Shown here in pieces: positions 27,201-28,956 of a stretch of 28,956 bases of DNA; position 1 is the stretch's first letter, and each line of letters begins with the position of its first letter. This stretch comes from Fonticula alba ATCC 38817. Taxonomy: Eukaryota > Protista > Nucleariida. Made by a program: the position numbers and the translations under genes. Location of the stretch: assembly GCA_000388065.2 (NCBI GenBank), contig KB932205.1; one strand, written 5' to 3'. The notes below the pieces were generated by a model. It had not been told where the DNA came from. It did no database searches and saw only the letters and a list, made by a program, of their open reading frames with translations.

Positions 27201-28956
27201 GTTCGGCGGAGTGGAAGCAGGCATGGCCGGGGCCGAGATTTGGCAGGCGCGGGGGGGGGGGGCGGNNNNNNNNNNNNNNNNNNNNNNNNNNNNNNNNNNN
27301 NNNNNNNNNNNNNNNNNNNNNNNNNNNNNNNNNNNNNNNNNNNNNNNNNNNNNNNNNNNNNNNNNNNNNNNNNNNNNNNNNNNNNNNNNNNNNNNNNNNN
27401 NNNNNNNNNNNNNNNNNNNNNNNNNNNNNNNNNNNNNNNNNNNNNNNNNNNNNNNNNNNNNNNNNNNNNNNNNNNNNNNNNNNNNNNNNNNNNNNNNNNN
27501 NNNNNNNNNNNNNNNNNNNNNNNNNNNNNNNNNNNNNNNNNNNNNNNNNNNNNNNNNNNNNNNNNNNNNNNNNNNNNNNNNNNNNNNNNNNNNNNNNNNN
27601 NNNNNNNNNNNNNNNNNNNNNNNNNNNNNNNNNNNNNNNNNNNNNNNNNNNNNNNNNNNNNNNNNNNNNNNNNNNNNNNNNNNNNNNNNNNNNNNNNNNN
27701 NNNNNNNNNNNNNNNNNNNNNNNNNNNNNNNNNNNNNNNNNNNNNNNNNNNNNNNNNNNNNNNNNNNNNNNNNNNNNNNNNNNNNNNNNNNNNNNNNNNN
27801 NNNNNNNNNNNNNNNNNNAAGAGGGAATCGGACAGGAGCCAAGGAGGCGATCGAGGGGGAGGAGGGGAGGAGGGGGGGACGAGAGGGAGGGAGGGAGGGA
27901 GGGAGACGCACAGGGTAGCAGCAATGGGGGCACCGGTAGTGCAGTGAGGTGCACTATGTTCGGCCTGGAGAGGGGAGTTTCGAGGGATCTGCGGGAAAGG
28001 GGCGTGGTGGGTGAGTGGCAGGGGCGGGAGGAGGTGAAAGACACGCGCGCGCGCGAGTGGACAGGCAAGTGTCGACTCGGTGGCGGGGAGGAGTGAGTGT
28101 CCATGCGACGGCCGGGAGAGGACGAAGCGGAGGGCAGCGAGGCGGACAGATGGACGGTGGGGGGGGGGTGAAACGGGCAGAGGGCCGACAGGGGGGGGAT
28201 CCCGCCTCCTCGGGACAGGCACGACGACGGACATCCGAATGTGGCTGACCGCCGGGCACCATATGTGCCGGAGGCAACACCACGCGGCGGAGTCGCGCGC
28301 CGTGCCGTGTGCTAGGACCGGGAAGTCGCGGAAAGGGCAGGAGTGGCCGAGGCCCGTCCTACATGCCAGAAAGCAAGGTCGGGAGAGGCAAATGCGAGAG
28401 CTGGAAAATGGCGAGGCTGCGTGTGCCTGGGTGACACGCTGGAGGGCGAGGGGGGGAGGGGGGAGGGGGCGAGGTACAGGTTGAGTAGGCAGGGTACGAA
28501 AAGGAGGTGATGTTACAAAGTTATGGTGGAGCTCGGCGAGGCCCCCCAAAAGCCCCTCACCCCCCGGTGGGCTCCTCTCCCGGACCGAAGGCCTCCCTCC
28601 ATCCTCAGGAGAGCAAGTGGGAACTGGGGGGGGGATAGGGGAGAGAGAGAGAGGGGGGGGAGGGAATAGCCATTGGCACGGCTCCTTGTCCTGGCCAGCC
28701 GTGTGACCAGACCCCTGTGCAATCGGGGCTGCCTGCATGTGCGCCCAGGACCCCGGATTTCCGGGGATCACACATCTGTCCCGGGTGTGATGGCCCCGCA
28801 CCAAATGTCCAGGAAACGCATGGGGCGATAGATTGGGGGGACCCTTGGGTCTGATGCCTGTGCGTTCGCACTCCAAGTGGTCTAGGGAAGGATGCAGGCC
28901 GGATTCGCCCTCGGGGTAGATGCCGGCGCTGCCCAGGGCGGGGGGGGGGGGGGGGG

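Larger units (their letters stand above)
1431..27818. other. Eleven assembly gaps: 1431-1641, 5174-5478, 7744-7753, 8829-9313, 13366-13441, 16566-16831, 17325-17728, 20455-20824, 22217-22581, 26561-26643, 27266-27818
   Basis: N runs; nearly all abut G or C homopolymers. Confidence 0.99.

Noticed and set aside
1-28956. Transposable elements, tRNA, rRNA and snRNA genes
   Set aside because: No transposase or RT motifs, LTRs, TIR+TSD pairs, cloverleafs or recognisable rRNA/snRNA sequence seen by eye; gap contents cannot be assessed.

Overview
GC-rich, intron-containing eukaryotic genomic DNA with 11 N-gaps. No prokaryotic features, CRISPR arrays, rRNA or tRNA were seen. The gene set (Pho85/PCL-type cyclin together with COMMD8, HSBP1 and an FN3/furin-repeat multipass protein) suggests a unicellular opisthokont, plausibly a Fonticula-like holomycotan; this is an inference. 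The left 16.5 kb is gene-dense. It holds a 5'-partial sushi/FN3/furin-repeat ~6-TM protein (+), SAS10/UTP3 (-), COMMD8 (-), HSBP1 (+), DRAP1/NC2-alpha (-), RRP36 (+) and JMJD5/KDM8 (-). The right 12.4 kb holds only a PCL-family cyclin (-) and a ~7 kb non-coding stretch. Most notable: (1) a ~100-nt near-perfect foldback at 25172-25272 (pre-miRNA-like or a recent inversion); (2) 5' splice sites that are almost all GTRCGY, with no +4A; (3) a SAS10 that stops before the conserved C-terminal Sas10 domain; (4) head-to-head COMMD8 and HSBP1, both tied to Commander/WASH; (5) a 221-codon ORF starting 7 nt after the cyclin stop. Exon models were built by hand from splice signals and remembered family motifs; no database search was run.
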